A DNA stretch of 64,000 nucleotides from an uncultured Spirochaetota bacterium (GCA_963820525.1 CAWGAA010000001.1:448001-512000), one strand, 5' to 3'. Counted from the first letter of the stretch, positions 53,342 through 64,000 are shown. The notes: a model not told the origin generated them from the sequence alone. Numbers and translations are program-made.

Positions 53342-53430
53342 GTGACGGCCGCATCCCGCTTGATTGACATTTCGAGGGTTGAATGGTAATTTCACCCTCG
53401 CACGCAACCCATCGGAAATAGGAAGAGATA

Positions 53431-54981
53431 ATGCTTTCACGAGAGGCTAGAAGGCTGAGGGCGAGAAAGGGCGATTCCGTCGCCGAGAGCATCGAGAAGA
53501 GGAGGGAAATGCATCCCCTTCTCTACGGATTCAGCGTCGTCGTTCTCGTCGTCGTGGTCGTCACGTTCGTCGCCTTGCCCATGGCGGGGAGGATGGGCAG
53601 CGGTGTCGGCTCCATCGTGTTCGGCAGCTATGATGGACACGATATTGTCTACCAACCCGGCAACTACTTCGCCCAGCAACAGAACCGTCTTTCCGAGCAG
53701 GTCCGCCAGCAGGGCCAGAATCAGGACGTGGCCAGCCAGGTCGAATATATATGGTACCAGGCGTACCAGCAGACCATCGTCCATACCGCAATGCTCATCG
53801 AAGCCCAAAAGGCGGGCTTGCAGGTCTCCGAGGACAAGGTGGACAAGGCGCTGCTCAACTATCCCGGCTATCAGGACAACGGGCAGTTCAGCGAAGAGCT
53901 CTACAGGAAAACGCCCACGCCCGAGCGCGTGCAGACGAGGAAGATGACGCGCGAGCAGCTCATCACGGACCAGTTCCTCTCTGATGAGTTTTCCGGGCTG
54001 AAGACGGCAGATCAGGAGAAGGCTTTCATCGCCTCCATGGCCAAGGACGAGCGCAGCTTCGATTTCGTCTCCTTCCCCTTCGACGGCTTTCCGGCGGATC
54101 AGGTGAAGAAGTATGCCGAGGCGAACAAGGCCCAGTTCAAGAAGATCAAGGTGAGCCGGATCCTCATCAAGTCGGGTGAGGGCGAGGCCAAGGAGATCAG
54201 AAAGAAGCTCCAGGACAAGTCATCGAGCTTCGAGGATCTTGCCAAGACCTACTCCAAGGACTCCTACGCCGTGGGCGGAGGAGACATGGGCTGGCGCTAC
54301 GCCTACGACCTTCAGTCAGACTTCGACAACAAGGATCAGGTGCAGTCCGTTTTCACCCTCAAGCAGGGAGAGGTGAGCGACGTCCTCAAGGGAACCTACG
54401 GTTGGATGATCTACCGCGCGGAGTCAGACTCCGTGGACCCCGACCTCGCGGATCAGGCCACGCTCGACACGGTGAAGGGCTATGTCATGAGGTACGAGCG
54501 CGGCAAGGTTGAAGACTATTTCATGGAGCTGGCGGGCAAGATGGCTCGCCGCGCCTCAGAGAGCGGCTTCACCGCCGCGGCGAAAGAGGCGGGGCGCGCG
54601 GTGAAGAAGACGGCCTCCTTCCCCATCAACCTCCAGAACGTGTTCAGCCTGGCTCCGGTCAAAGCGGTGCCGGACTCCGACACGCCCGCCTCCGCTGCGT
54701 ACAATCAGGACTTCTTCATCCGGGGCTTCTCCCTCGGTATGGACCAGGTCTCTCCGCCGATCGTCCTCGACGATCAGATCGTCGTGCTCAAGCTCACGGG
54801 CCAGCGGCAGGAGCCGGATGCGTCCCAGAAGCTGATGGCGAACTTCGCGGATTACATGGCCAGTCAATCGCTGCAGGCAGACCTGCAGGCCGAGCTGGAC
54901 AACCCGAAGAAGCTCAAGGACAACTTCCTGACCGTTTTCAACCAGTACGTCTACAGGCCCCAGAGGTCTCAGTCGCAATAG
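53431..54981 (+). CDS. PpiD/SurA-like membrane-anchored parvulin PPIase/chaperone
   Basis: N-terminal TM, SurA_N-like region, parvulin motif FEDLAKTYSKD...GGDMGW. Confidence 0.85.
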   Translation: MLSREARRLRARKGDSVAESIEKRREMHPLLYGFSVVVLVVVVVTFVALPMAGRMGSGVGSIVFGSYDGHDIVYQPGNYFAQQQNRLSEQVRQQGQNQDVASQVEYIWYQAYQQTIVHTAMLIEAQKAGLQVSEDKVDKALLNYPGYQDNGQFSEELYRKTPTPERVQTRKMTREQLITDQFLSDEFSGLKTADQEKAFIASMAKDERSFDFVSFPFDGFPADQVKKYAEANKAQFKKIKVSRILIKSGEGEAKEIRKKLQDKSSSFEDLAKTYSKDSYAVGGGDMGWRYAYDLQSDFDNKDQVQSVFTLKQGEVSDVLKGTYGWMIYRAESDSVDPDLADQATLDTVKGYVMRYERGKVEDYFMELAGKMARRASESGFTAAAKEAGRAVKKTASFPINLQNVFSLAPVKAVPDSDTPASAAYNQDFFIRGFSLGMDQVSPPIVLDDQIVVLKLTGQRQEPDASQKLMANFADYMASQSLQADLQAELDNPKKLKDNFLTVFNQYVYRPQRSQSQ

Positions 54982-56604
54982 ATGGAACTCGAGGACCCTC
55001 TCCTCATCCCGACGGAAAAGGGCCTCACGGCGCGCTGCGAGGACATCTACCTCTACCCTCCCGATGACCCGCTTGGCTACGCTGTCAAGCGCGCCCGGGC
55101 GGCGGAGATCCCTCCGCGGACTCTCGTCTTCGTTCCTTCCGTCGGGCTCGGCCACGGGCTGGGGGAGCTGCTCGCCCGGTTGCCGGAAGGCTGCGCAATC
55201 CTCTGCGTGGAAGCGCATCAAAAAATCATGGCCCTCGCCTCCGCTGTCGGGCTGCCCAGCGATCCCCGGCTCACGATCATAAGGACCGAAAGCGAGGATG
55301 CGGCAGCTGCAGTGCTCTCACGGATGGGCACGGGCCGGTTCCGCAGGGTGACTCAAATCTCCCTCTGCGCTGGATACAGGCTCAACCCGACGCTTTACGC
55401 GAGGCTTTCCGAGGTTCTTGCCTCTGAGATCAGGACCTACTGGCAGAACAGGATGACCCTCATCGCGATGGGAAGCCTCTGGATGAGGAACATCTTCGAG
55501 AACATGACGCTCTTGCCGCTTTCCCGGGATTTTGGAGGCCTCTCGACACACAAACCGGTCGTCGTCGCCGGAGCCGGGCCTTCCCTCGAAGGAAGCATCC
55601 CCGCGCTGCGCGCGCTGCGCCGCAAGTACCTCCTTGCCGCGGTAGACACTGCCCTCCCCGCTCTCGCCGCCTGCGGCCTCCGGCCGGATATCGTCGTCGT
55701 TCTGGAGGCCCAGGCTCTCAACCTGGCAGATTTCCTTCCCTACCGCGATCCCTCGATGCCGATCGCCTGCGAGCTCTCATCCCTCCCTCAAGCTCTCCGC
55801 CTGTTCCCTTCGAACCTGCATTTCTTCTCCTCGGCATTCGCTCCGCTCTCCCTCTTCAGCAGGCTCGACGCATCCGCGCTTCTTCCACGCGCCTTCCCGG
55901 CCCTCGGCTCCGTGGGAGTGGCTGCGGTGTACGCGGCGCTTTCCATGACGGAATGCGACGTGGTGCTCACGGGCCTGGACTTCGCCTACCCCGACGGCAG
56001 GACTCACGCGCGCGGGACCCCGGCGCACCTGGCCGCGCTCGGTTCTTGTGGGAGGTTTCACGGCGTCGGGCAGGAGGCGTACGCTTCGCTTCTGGCGCGG
56101 CCGCGCATGAGGGAGCGCGACAGGAACGGGAGGCTGGTGACGACTGACCTCGTGCTTGCCTCCTATGCCCGGCAGCTTCGCAGGAGCATTCGCGAGGATG
56201 CGGGACGCACATGGGAGATTGGAGAGATCGGATTGCCGCTCGGCGCCCGTCAGGCGAGCATGGAGGAGATCGCGGACAGGCTTTCCTCGGTCCCCGAGCT
56301 CGACGAGAGGCTCATCGAGCCCGGGGGACACGCTTTCGACCGCGCGCGGCTGCGCACCTTCTTGGAGGGCGAAAGGGAAATGCTTGCACGCGCCGAACAG
56401 GCGATCGAGGACGGCCTTTCGACAGGAGGCCCGCTGCCGCTTCCTACTGCAAGCAGGGAAGCCATGCGCGCGGTGGACTACGCTTTCGTGCATTTCCCCG
56501 ACGAGATGGATTGCGAGGCTCCCGCCAGGAGCTATCTCTCCCGGGCGCACGTGGCCGTGGGATACTACTTCGAGAGGCTCCCGAGGGTCATCGCCCGCCT
56601 GTAG
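54982..56604 (+). CDS. Maf/DUF115 (MptE-like) family protein
   Basis: W.RNIFEN, VVAGAGPSL, AVDTAL, PDIVV, GSV, LTGLDFAY...THARG. Confidence 0.8.
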   Translation: MELEDPLLIPTEKGLTARCEDIYLYPPDDPLGYAVKRARAAEIPPRTLVFVPSVGLGHGLGELLARLPEGCAILCVEAHQKIMALASAVGLPSDPRLTIIRTESEDAAAAVLSRMGTGRFRRVTQISLCAGYRLNPTLYARLSEVLASEIRTYWQNRMTLIAMGSLWMRNIFENMTLLPLSRDFGGLSTHKPVVVAGAGPSLEGSIPALRALRRKYLLAAVDTALPALAACGLRPDIVVVLEAQALNLADFLPYRDPSMPIACELSSLPQALRLFPSNLHFFSSAFAPLSLFSRLDASALLPRAFPALGSVGVAAVYAALSMTECDVVLTGLDFAYPDGRTHARGTPAHLAALGSCGRFHGVGQEAYASLLARPRMRERDRNGRLVTTDLVLASYARQLRRSIREDAGRTWEIGEIGLPLGARQASMEEIADRLSSVPELDERLIEPGGHAFDRARLRTFLEGEREMLARAEQAIEDGLSTGGPLPLPTASREAMRAVDYAFVHFPDEMDCEAPARSYLSRAHVAVGYYFERLPRVIARL

Positions 56605-56612
56605 GCGGACCG

Positions 56613-58415
56613 TTATTCCTCGGATGTCTTCAGGACGGCGAGGAAGGCGGATTGGGGAAGCTCGACCTCTCCCACCATTTTCATCCTCTTCTTGCCTTCC
56701 TTCTGCTTTTCCAGGAGCTTGCGCTTTCGGGTGATATCCCCGCCGTAACACTTGGCCGTCACGTCTTTTCTGAATGCGGAGATGGTCTCGCGCGCGATGA
56801 TCTGGCCGCCGATGGCCCCCTGGATAGGGATCTTGAACTGATGGCGAGGGATCTCGTCGCGCAGCCGCTCGCAGATCTTTCGCGCCCTCTGATAGGCATT
56901 GCCCCGGAACACGAGCTGGGCTAGGGCGTCGACCACCTTCCCATTGATGAGGATGTCCAGCTTGGCAAGCTCGGTCTGGCGGAAGCCCAGGATCTCGTAA
57001 TCGAATGAAGCGTATCCCCTGCTCACCGATTTCAGCCTGTCGTAGAAGTCGAAGACCACCTCCGCCAGGGGCATCTCGAAGACGAGCTCCACCCGCTTCT
57101 CGTCGAGGTAGGTCATGCTCTTCTGGACGCCGCGTTTCTCCAGGCAGAGGGTGATGATGTTCCCCAGGTATTGCGTCGGGGTGATCATGGAAGCGCGGAT
57201 ATAGGGCTCTTCCGTCTTTTCGATATTCGTCGGGTCGGGAAAATTGGCGGGGTTGTCGATGAGGATCTCCCTGCCGTCCCGCATGGTGATCCTGTATTGC
57301 ACCGACGGAGCGGTGAACACGATGGCGAGGTAAAACTCCCTCTCGATCCTCTCCTGCACGATCTCCAGGTGCAGGAGGCCCAGGAAACCGCAGCGAAAAC
57401 CGTAGCCCAACGCCACGGAGGAATCCTTCTCGTAGACAAGAGAGGCGTCGTTGAGCTTCAGCTTGGCCATGGCGTCGATGAGCTGCTCGTAATCGTTTGC
57501 GTCCACGGGGTAGATCGAGGAGAAGACGACCGGCTTGACCTCGCGGAACCCCGCCAGACGCTCGGTGCACGGGCTGTCGCGATCCGTGACGGTGTCTCCC
57601 ACCCGCGTGTCGGAAACCGTCTTGATCCCCGCGATCAGGTAGCCGACCTCTCCGGGGCCCAGCGACTCTTTCTTTACCAGCCCGAGGCGGAAGATCCCCG
57701 TCTCCTCCACCTGGTATGCCGCCTTGTTCCAGAAGAACTGGATGAACTGTCCGGGACGGATTGTCCCCGTGAAAACGCGGATGTGGATAATGACCCCGCG
57801 ATACGCGTCGTAGTTGGAGTCGAAGATCAGGGCCTTCAGTGCTTCTTCCCCGGATCCCTTCGGCGACGGCACCCGGGCGACGATGGCCTCGCACAGCTCG
57901 TCGACGCCGGTCCCCAGCTTGGCCGACACAAGCAGGGCGGAATCGGGATCCAGCCCCAGGTCGTGCCCGATCTGGCGCTTCACCCCCTCGATGTCCGCGC
58001 TGGGCAGGTCGATCTTGTTGATCACCGGAATTATCTCAAGGTCATGGTCGAGGGCCATGTACATGTTGGCCAGAGTCTGCGCTTCAACCCCCTGCGTCGC
58101 GTCTATCAGGAGCACCGCGCCTTCGCACGCCGAGATCGAGCGGGATACCTCGTAGGAGAAGTCGACGTGCCCGGGGGTGTCCACCAGGTTCAGGATATAC
58201 TCCTGCCCATCACGGGAGCTGTAGGGAATCGCCACGGCCTGGCTCTTGATCGTGATCCCGCGCTCCCGCTCGATGTCCATGTTGTCCAGGATCTGGTCGT
58301 GAAACTCCCTGTCGGAGACGAGCCGGGCCCGCTGGATGAAGCGGTCCGCGAGAGTGGACTTGCCATGATCGATATGCGCGATGATGCAGAAATTGCGGAT
58401 TCTTTGAGTTTCCAA
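56613..58415 (-). CDS. lepA: Elongation factor 4
   Basis: [53 protein letters not shown]. Confidence 0.97.
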   Translation of the reverse strand: METQRIRNFCIIAHIDHGKSTLADRFIQRARLVSDREFHDQILDNMDIERERGITIKSQAVAIPYSSRDGQEYILNLVDTPGHVDFSYEVSRSISACEGAVLLIDATQGVEAQTLANMYMALDHDLEIIPVINKIDLPSADIEGVKRQIGHDLGLDPDSALLVSAKLGTGVDELCEAIVARVPSPKGSGEEALKALIFDSNYDAYRGVIIHIRVFTGTIRPGQFIQFFWNKAAYQVEETGIFRLGLVKKESLGPGEVGYLIAGIKTVSDTRVGDTVTDRDSPCTERLAGFREVKPVVFSSIYPVDANDYEQLIDAMAKLKLNDASLVYEKDSSVALGYGFRCGFLGLLHLEIVQERIEREFYLAIVFTAPSVQYRITMRDGREILIDNPANFPDPTNIEKTEEPYIRASMITPTQYLGNIITLCLEKRGVQKSMTYLDEKRVELVFEMPLAEVVFDFYDRLKSVSRGYASFDYEILGFRQTELAKLDILINGKVVDALAQLVFRGNAYQRARKICERLRDEIPRHQFKIPIQGAIGGQIIARETISAFRKDVTAKCYGGDITRKRKLLEKQKEGKKRMKMVGEVELPQSAFLAVLKTSEE

Positions 58416-58467
58416 CGGACGGGCAGTATAGCGAATGGCGGCGCTTTCTTCAATCCAATTGCGCGCC

Positions 58468-58496
58468 TTGACAAACCCTTTTCCGGCACTTACCCT
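58468..58496 (+). promoter_or_regulatory. Sigma70-type promoter of the response regulator (leaderless), back-to-back with the lepA promoter
   Basis: TTGACA-17 nt-TACCCT, 7 nt before GTG 58504; minus-strand TTGAAG-17-TATACT (58453-58425) precedes the lepA TTG. Confidence 0.65.
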
Positions 58497-58503
58497 GGCG
58501 GCG

Positions 58504-59430
58504 GTGATTAACGGCGGAAGAGCGAAGATCCTCGTCGCTGAGGATCAGGATGCCTTGCGAACCTTCCTCTGCCGGACGCTCTCCCGTGAAGGCTTCGAGG
58601 CCATCGAAGCCAAGGACGGAGAGAGCGCTATAGAGCTCTACAAGTCCCTGAAGCCCCCCCTGGTCGTTTCCGACATCATGATGCCCAGGATGGACGGCCT
58701 CACTCTGCTGCAGGAGATCAAGAGGATCGATCCCGAAGCCGCAGTCATCCTGATGACCGGCCATGGCAATGAGGATATTCTGTTGAAGGCTCTCCAGGGC
58801 GGGGCCACCAACTTCTTCAAGAAGCCCTTCAATATCCGTTCGCTGATCGCCGAGATCCGCAAGATCTTCCAGTACAAGATCGAGACGGTGAGGAGCATCC
58901 TCTTCTCGCCCTATCTCGTCGAGGAATCCAAGAGCTTCCTCATCACCACCGGAGAGGCTCAGTATCACCCCATCATCAACCAGATCACTCTCCAGCTTCC
59001 CTGCCTGCTTGCCGAATCGGAGATCCTCAACCTCAAGATCGGGATCGAGGAGATGATCACCAACGCCATAGAACACGGCAACCTTGCCATCAGCCTCGCG
59101 GAGAAAAACGCGGCGATCACCGAGGGCAATCTCGGCAAGCTCCTGCGGGATCGCATTGCCCAGGGGGGCAATTCCTCCAAGAAGGTCTCCATCTCATCCC
59201 GTCTCAGCCGGGAGTCCTTCACCATCACCATCCGCGACGAGGGGGACGGCTTCGACTGGCGCAACCTTCCCGCGCTGGCTCCTGAAAACCTCTTCTCTTT
59301 TGGCGGCAGGGGGATCTTCCTCACGAAGATCTATTACGATGAGGTCTCCTACAACGACCCGGGAAACGAGGTGACACTGATAAAGAGGAGAAGAAGCGAG
59401 AGGCACTGGCCGACGCCGCGCGGCCCCTAG
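58504..59430 (+). CDS. Response regulator: receiver + RsbW-like HATPase (anti-sigma kinase) domain
   Basis: REC AED...SDIMMP..DG..T..KP; HATPase [28 protein letters not shown]. Confidence 0.85.
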   Translation: MINGGRAKILVAEDQDALRTFLCRTLSREGFEAIEAKDGESAIELYKSLKPPLVVSDIMMPRMDGLTLLQEIKRIDPEAAVILMTGHGNEDILLKALQGGATNFFKKPFNIRSLIAEIRKIFQYKIETVRSILFSPYLVEESKSFLITTGEAQYHPIINQITLQLPCLLAESEILNLKIGIEEMITNAIEHGNLAISLAEKNAAITEGNLGKLLRDRIAQGGNSSKKVSISSRLSRESFTITIRDEGDGFDWRNLPALAPENLFSFGGRGIFLTKIYYDEVSYNDPGNEVTLIKRRRSERHWPTPRGP

Positions 59431-59434
59431 ACCT

Positions 59435-61222
59435 TTAGAGGAAATTGTTGGTATCCAGGTACGTGGCGATCTGGATCACGCTCTCCATGAACCCCTGTTT
59501 GCGCTTCTTCACGTAGAGTTGCAGGACGACGTAGCCCTTGTCCCGGTCCACCTGCCAGTCCTGGATGGTCAAAGGATCGTTTTCTGAGAAACCCGACTCG
59601 TCCGCCACGGAACCCTTGGAGACGCGTCGCACGACGTAGTCGTTCTTCCACAGAAAGCTGCCCACCCTTTCCAGCTGCATCCCGAAAAGAGGGTAGATCA
59701 CGGTGTCCATCGAGTCCCGTTTCAAGGCGACCTCGACCGGGCTCTCGGGCCTCGAGGAGAGGCAGAGAACCCTCTCCAGCTTCACGCCGTCCCGGATCGA
59801 AGAGAGGCGGACGAGGCTCAACGGCGCGTGGTTCAACAGGGCATCCTGCGCGTCCCGGATGGTCGTATACTTGGCGCCGTTGATGCCCTCGATGATATCT
59901 CCCACCAGGATCCCTGCCTTGTCGGCGGGCTCGCCCGGCACGACGTATGTCACCTCCAGCCCCTTGTCCGTCTCGTTCAGGGACATGCCGAGCCAGGGGT
60001 GATCGACCTGCCCCCCCGCGTACAGCTGCGGCAGAACACGTTCGATCCACGTGTAGGGCACCGCGAAATTGATCCCCTCGAACTGCGGGATGCCGGCGAA
60101 AACAATCCCGATCACGTCCCCCTTGTCGTTGAGCAGCGGACCGCCGCTGTTGCCGGGATTGAGGGGAACATCCACCTGGAGCGTGTCCCCCATCTGGAGG
60201 AATCGACGTCCCGTGGCGGAGACGATCCCCGACGTGATGGTCTTCTCGAGCCCTCCGGGCGAACCGATGGCGTAGATCCGGTCTCCCGGAACGACAGGCT
60301 CCGTGGAAAGCCCCGAGAAGACGTATTCGGGGGCGAGCTCCACCTTGAGCAGGGCAAGGTCGAACGTCGAATCGTATCCGATCACCTTGGCCGGGATCTT
60401 GTCCCCCGTGTCTTCCGACAGGCGGATGAACAGCCGCGAGTATCCCTCGTACTTCGGGTCCACCTCGCTTTTGATCACGTGGTAGTTGGTGAGCAGATAG
60501 CCGCGGGAGTCGATGAAAAAGGCGCTTCCGATCACGCGATCGGGGTAGCCGACCCCCTTCTCCATGCGGATGCCCCTGTCCACCCAGACCGTCACGGTGC
60601 CCTTTATCATGCGCTTGAAATCGGCCTTGTCGTCGGGCTTCGGCACCGCGATTCCCGCGGGGATGGAGAATCCTCGCTTGACCATCAGATCTGCGATCAT
60701 CCGCACCGCGGCGGCATCTCCCAGGCCGGAGGCATAGGAGAGGGCGTCGGAGAGCTCAGCCTGGGTGGGCTCGCCGAGTGAGATGGCGCGAAGACGCGCA
60801 AGGAGGGAAAGGAGCCGTTCTCCCGAGGAGTCAAGCGAAGAGGCCAGCCCTTCGGTGAGGGCCTTTTCCGTCCACCCCGTGACGAGCTCAGGCTTGCCGT
60901 AGGCATTGGCCGATTGATAGAGGCGGATCGCATCCGCGTATTTCTTGTCCGCCGCCGCCTGCTTGAAAGCGCTCGCCAACGCCTCAAGCGCTCGGCCTTC
61001 CAGCGCATCGATCTTGGCCGCCTGATCGCTTGTCGGCGTGACCGATCTGAGGAAAGAGATGCCCTCCAGGCTCTGCAGGAAAGAGCCGGAATCAATGAGG
61101 CTTTCAACCTCGTGGATGCGAGCCTCCGGCAGGGTCGGAACGCGCTCCCGTGACGGCTGTGTCGTCGCGCACCCGAAGAGGAGAAACGCCAGCGAAACTG
61201 CAATGGGAAGGAGCCTTCTCAT
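59435..61222 (-). CDS. HtrA-like trypsin serine protease with PDZ, lipoprotein
   Basis: Lipobox LFGC, catalytic TNYHVI / DLALL / GNSGG, PDZ PADKAGILVGDII. Confidence 0.9.
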   Translation of the reverse strand: MRRLLPIAVSLAFLLFGCATTQPSRERVPTLPEARIHEVESLIDSGSFLQSLEGISFLRSVTPTSDQAAKIDALEGRALEALASAFKQAAADKKYADAIRLYQSANAYGKPELVTGWTEKALTEGLASSLDSSGERLLSLLARLRAISLGEPTQAELSDALSYASGLGDAAAVRMIADLMVKRGFSIPAGIAVPKPDDKADFKRMIKGTVTVWVDRGIRMEKGVGYPDRVIGSAFFIDSRGYLLTNYHVIKSEVDPKYEGYSRLFIRLSEDTGDKIPAKVIGYDSTFDLALLKVELAPEYVFSGLSTEPVVPGDRIYAIGSPGGLEKTITSGIVSATGRRFLQMGDTLQVDVPLNPGNSGGPLLNDKGDVIGIVFAGIPQFEGINFAVPYTWIERVLPQLYAGGQVDHPWLGMSLNETDKGLEVTYVVPGEPADKAGILVGDIIEGINGAKYTTIRDAQDALLNHAPLSLVRLSSIRDGVKLERVLCLSSRPESPVEVALKRDSMDTVIYPLFGMQLERVGSFLWKNDYVVRRVSKGSVADESGFSENDPLTIQDWQVDRDKGYVVLQLYVKKRKQGFMESVIQIATYLDTNNFL

Positions 61223-63096
61223 TCAATCACCTCGACATAAACGATGTTCTCGAACCGGAAGACGAGAAAGCTCTTCCCGCCGGAGGAGAAGACGCCGTCT
61301 CTGGTGCTCCCGCTCACCGGAGCGCTCGGGCTTGGCGGCCCGATCCACACGATCCCCTTTGCCTTATCGGGGGCAACCGGGAGCGTCTTCCCGTTCTTCT
61401 GAACTCCCACGATCCGGCCGTTCTGGAAGACCGTGCGAAGGTTGAAAGCTCCGTTCAGGGCGGTGGAGAACTCCCGGACTATCGTGCCCTTCGCACCGGG
61501 AAACTCTCGCGCGTCCCAAACCCCGTCCTCATTGTAATCCCACAGCCTGACGGTGGCTGCGCTGTATCGCTCCGCATAATCGACCTTCCCGTCTCCGTCC
61601 GTGTCTGCCCGGATTCCGGAAAGCTTTCCATCGCGATAGGTCTCCGAGACCTCGCCGCCGCTGCCCGGAAGATCGCGAAGACCTCTCACCGGATGTCCCG
61701 CGGTGTACCAGACCTTGTGATCCATGACGCCGTCACGGTTCAGGTCCTCTTCCATGTACTGCCTCTGGCCGGCGGCAAGGTCGATTCTTCGAAGCAGGAG
61801 GGAGGATCCGGCCGGGTAGTCCTCTTCACGAAAGGCCGCGGTGAGGATCTCCCCGCGGGTGGGGACGATGAACTGCGGGCGGATCTCCGGTTCGGGGAGG
61901 CCGCTTGTCGCGGAATCGAGCAGCGGGCAGCCGAGCGAGTGAGGCGCGAGCGAGTATGTCCGCGTCTCCGCCGCGTCCGCTTCCGCCGCCGTGTCGATAA
62001 AGGGATACGTTTCGTAGTGAAACGTAAGCTTCGCGCCGCCCGAAGGGACGGTGAGTGACGCCACGGCGCCGCTGGAAAAGGCGGCGCTGTGCTCGGGAAT
62101 TCCATCCTCGTTCGCGTCGCGGATCCACAGCACGGGCGTGCCATTCTGATATTCCCAGCGCTCCTCGTAGAATCCGTCGCCATCGATATCCAGATCCCTC
62201 CGGCCGGTGAACCGGGCGAGCTCGGCCTGGAAGCTGGATGCCAGGGCGCTCGCGCCTGCGGTCGCCAGAGCGACGCGACGGGTGAGATCCAGCCGGGACA
62301 GCCCTCCGTTGGCTATGAAGGCGGAGAGGTACTTTTCGGGATCCTTCGGCCCCGCCTCCATTCCCAGGACCGGGGCGAGCGGTTCCTTTCCCCCCCGGGA
62401 CATGTAGTCGTCCACGGCGCGGACCCTTCTTTCGGGATCGGGCTCCAGGACTGCCAAGCGCAGGAGAAGCGGCATGCTGTCGGGCAGCTCGCGCAAGCCC
62501 GCGGCAGCGAAGGATCGAGCGGCGTCCAGGTTCCCACGGGCTTCGGCAAGCCTCGAAGAGAGCAAGGAGAGGCCTTCGGTCTTGGGAAATTGTTTCAGGC
62601 CGGCCGCAGCCGTCTTCTCGGCAAGGTCCCCTCTCCCGTTTTTCGAAAAAGCCTCGGCCAGGAGGAGGATATTTTCAGGATCCTCGGGCTCGTGCGCGAC
62701 GAGACGCTGGAGGGTTAAGACCGCTTCTGCAAGGGAGCCGATTCTTACGAGCACGCCGGCAAGCTCCTGGGAGGCCGTGTCGGTGTTCGTGGTTGACCAG
62801 GTATCGGCGGCGATGGCTTTCCTCAGGGATTCGATGCCTTTCCGGGTGTTTTCCTGGCTGCGCAGGGAGATACGGGCGCTCAGGTACAGGGCCTCCGAGG
62901 AATCGGGGAAGAACTGGAGGGAGGATTCGGCCATGCGCTGGGCTGCGGCGAAATCCCCGGACGCGTAGAGGGCTCTGGCTTGATCGAGGTACACGGCCGA
63001 AGTGGCCGGATCGCGATCCGCCGCGAAGGCCGTTAAAGGGAGGAGCAAGAAAAAGATCGAGACGAAAAGGGACTGTGTCGACCGGCCCGTGTTCAC
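61219..63096 (-). CDS. Exported TPR protein with repeated DxDxDG motifs
   Basis: Signal peptide, TPR N-terminal half, five D-x-[DN]-x-DG motifs in the C-terminal half. Confidence 0.75.
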   Translation of the reverse strand: MNTGRSTQSLFVSIFFLLLPLTAFAADRDPATSAVYLDQARALYASGDFAAAQRMAESSLQFFPDSSEALYLSARISLRSQENTRKGIESLRKAIAADTWSTTNTDTASQELAGVLVRIGSLAEAVLTLQRLVAHEPEDPENILLLAEAFSKNGRGDLAEKTAAAGLKQFPKTEGLSLLSSRLAEARGNLDAARSFAAAGLRELPDSMPLLLRLAVLEPDPERRVRAVDDYMSRGGKEPLAPVLGMEAGPKDPEKYLSAFIANGGLSRLDLTRRVALATAGASALASSFQAELARFTGRRDLDIDGDGFYEERWEYQNGTPVLWIRDANEDGIPEHSAAFSSGAVASLTVPSGGAKLTFHYETYPFIDTAAEADAAETRTYSLAPHSLGCPLLDSATSGLPEPEIRPQFIVPTRGEILTAAFREEDYPAGSSLLLRRIDLAAGQRQYMEEDLNRDGVMDHKVWYTAGHPVRGLRDLPGSGGEVSETYRDGKLSGIRADTDGDGKVDYAERYSAATVRLWDYNEDGVWDAREFPGAKGTIVREFSTALNGAFNLRTVFQNGRIVGVQKNGKTLPVAPDKAKGIVWIGPPSPSAPVSGSTRDGVFSSGGKSFLVFRFENIVYVEVIE

Positions 63097-64000
63097 GCTC
63101 TCTCGACGCCTACGGCCTCTACCAGGCTCTCATCCTTCTTGCGGGGGGGCATACCGAGGAGACTTCTGATCTCGTCGTCGTCCATCGTCTCTTTCGTGAT
63201 CAGGGTCTCCGCCAGGAGCCTGAGTTTGCCCTCCTCCTCGGTAAGGATCCGTTGAGCGTCCGTGAGGGCCTCCTCCACGATCCGCTTGATCTCGGCATCG
63301 ATCTTGCGCGCCGTCTCCTCGGAGTAGTCCTTGTGGCGCGCTATCTCCTTGCCCAGGAAGATCGGCTCGTCCTTCTGACCATAGGTGATGGGCCCCAGCT
63401 CCTCGCTCATGCCCCACTCGCATACCATCTTCCGCGCTATCTCGGTGGCCTGCTCCAGGTCGTTCTGGGCGCCCGTGCTTGTCTCGTTGTAGATGATCCT
63501 CTCCGCGGCATAGCCGCCCATCGCGATCGCGATCCGGTCCAGCAGCCATCCCTTGTTCCGGGAATACGTGTCGCTCTCCGGCAGGGAGAATGCCACCCCG
63601 AGATACTTTCCGTGGGGGATGATCGTGATCTTGTGGAGGGGATCCGCGTTCTTCAGGAAATAGTGCAGAAGCCCGTGTCCCGCCTCATGGTAGGCAGTCA
63701 TCTGCTTCTCCTTGGGCGGGATCACCTTGCTCTTTCGCGCGATGCCCATGAGCGTCTTGTCCCGGGCCTCCTCGAAGTCCGCCATGTCGACTCTGTCCTT
63801 GTTCCCGCGGCCCGCGAAAAGCGCCGCCTCGTTCACCATGTTGGCGAGGTCGGCCCCCGAGGAGCCGGGGGTGGCGCGCGCCAGTCGGGCAAGGTCCACG
63901 TCAGGGGCCAGGGGGAGCTTGCGCGCGTGCAGGCGCAGGATCATCTCCCTCTCCTTGATATCGGGCATGTCGACAACGACCTGGCGGTCGAACCTGCCCG
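63093..64000 (-). CDS. ftsH: ATP-dependent zinc metalloprotease FtsH (3' part; gene runs off the window)
   Basis: GRFDRQ SRH at the window edge, SGADLAN.VNEAAL, HEAGH, TGAQNDLEQAT..ARKMV. Confidence 0.96.
   Translation of the reverse strand, partial: GRFDRQVVVDMPDIKEREMILRLHARKLPLAPDVDLARLARATPGSSGADLANMVNEAALFAGRGNKDRVDMADFEEARDKTLMGIARKSKVIPPKEKQMTAYHEAGHGLLHYFLKNADPLHKITIIPHGKYLGVAFSLPESDTYSRNKGWLLDRIAIAMGGYAAERIIYNETSTGAQNDLEQATEIARKMVCEWGMSEELGPITYGQKDEPIFLGKEIARHKDYSEETARKIDAEIKRIVEEALTDAQRILTEEEGKLRLLAETLITKETMDDDEIRSLLGMPPRKKDESLVEAVGVERA

Noticed and set aside
55777..57894. 705-aa minus-strand ORF overlapping lepA and the Maf gene
   Set aside because: Alternative frame of lepA with Arg/Gly/Pro-rich junk composition.

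Overview
High-GC (roughly 60-65% by eye), gene-dense bacterial chromosome segment. It is most likely from a free-living Spirochaetota/Spirochaetia member; this is inferred from the gene set (membrane-anchored TPR+Mrr-like protein, extended ComFB protein, DUF1577-like PilZ protein, FecR+beta-barrel protein). Left part: aroA-aroB-Crp, an Mla-like ABC/TPR/M23 cluster, PBP1A, an orphan gcvH, a metallophosphoesterase + ParB-like/DUF4032 pair, ACP and TPR proteins. Middle: menG/ubiE + polyprenyl synthase followed by a complete E. coli-type nuoA-N operon (fused NuoCD), mutL, and three large predicted outer-membrane proteins. Right part: an HD-ttcA-phosphoesterase-ComFB operon divergent from a PilZ gene, tRNA-Pro and tRNA-Asp, ppiD, a Maf-like gene, lepA, a REC-RsbW fusion, and an ftsH-TPR-HtrA operon. 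No mobile element or CRISPR array was seen. Best leads: (1) a ~1640-aa protein with T9SS SprA-like motifs next to two paralogous barrel genes, with two of the three genes carrying single frameshifts; (2) an unannotated ~110-nt structured RNA with a C-rich anti-Shine-Dalgarno loop and its own terminator; (3) repeated leaderless promoter architecture; (4) a quinone + complex I respiratory block in a presumed spirochaete. All family assignments come from motif recognition by eye; no database searches were run.
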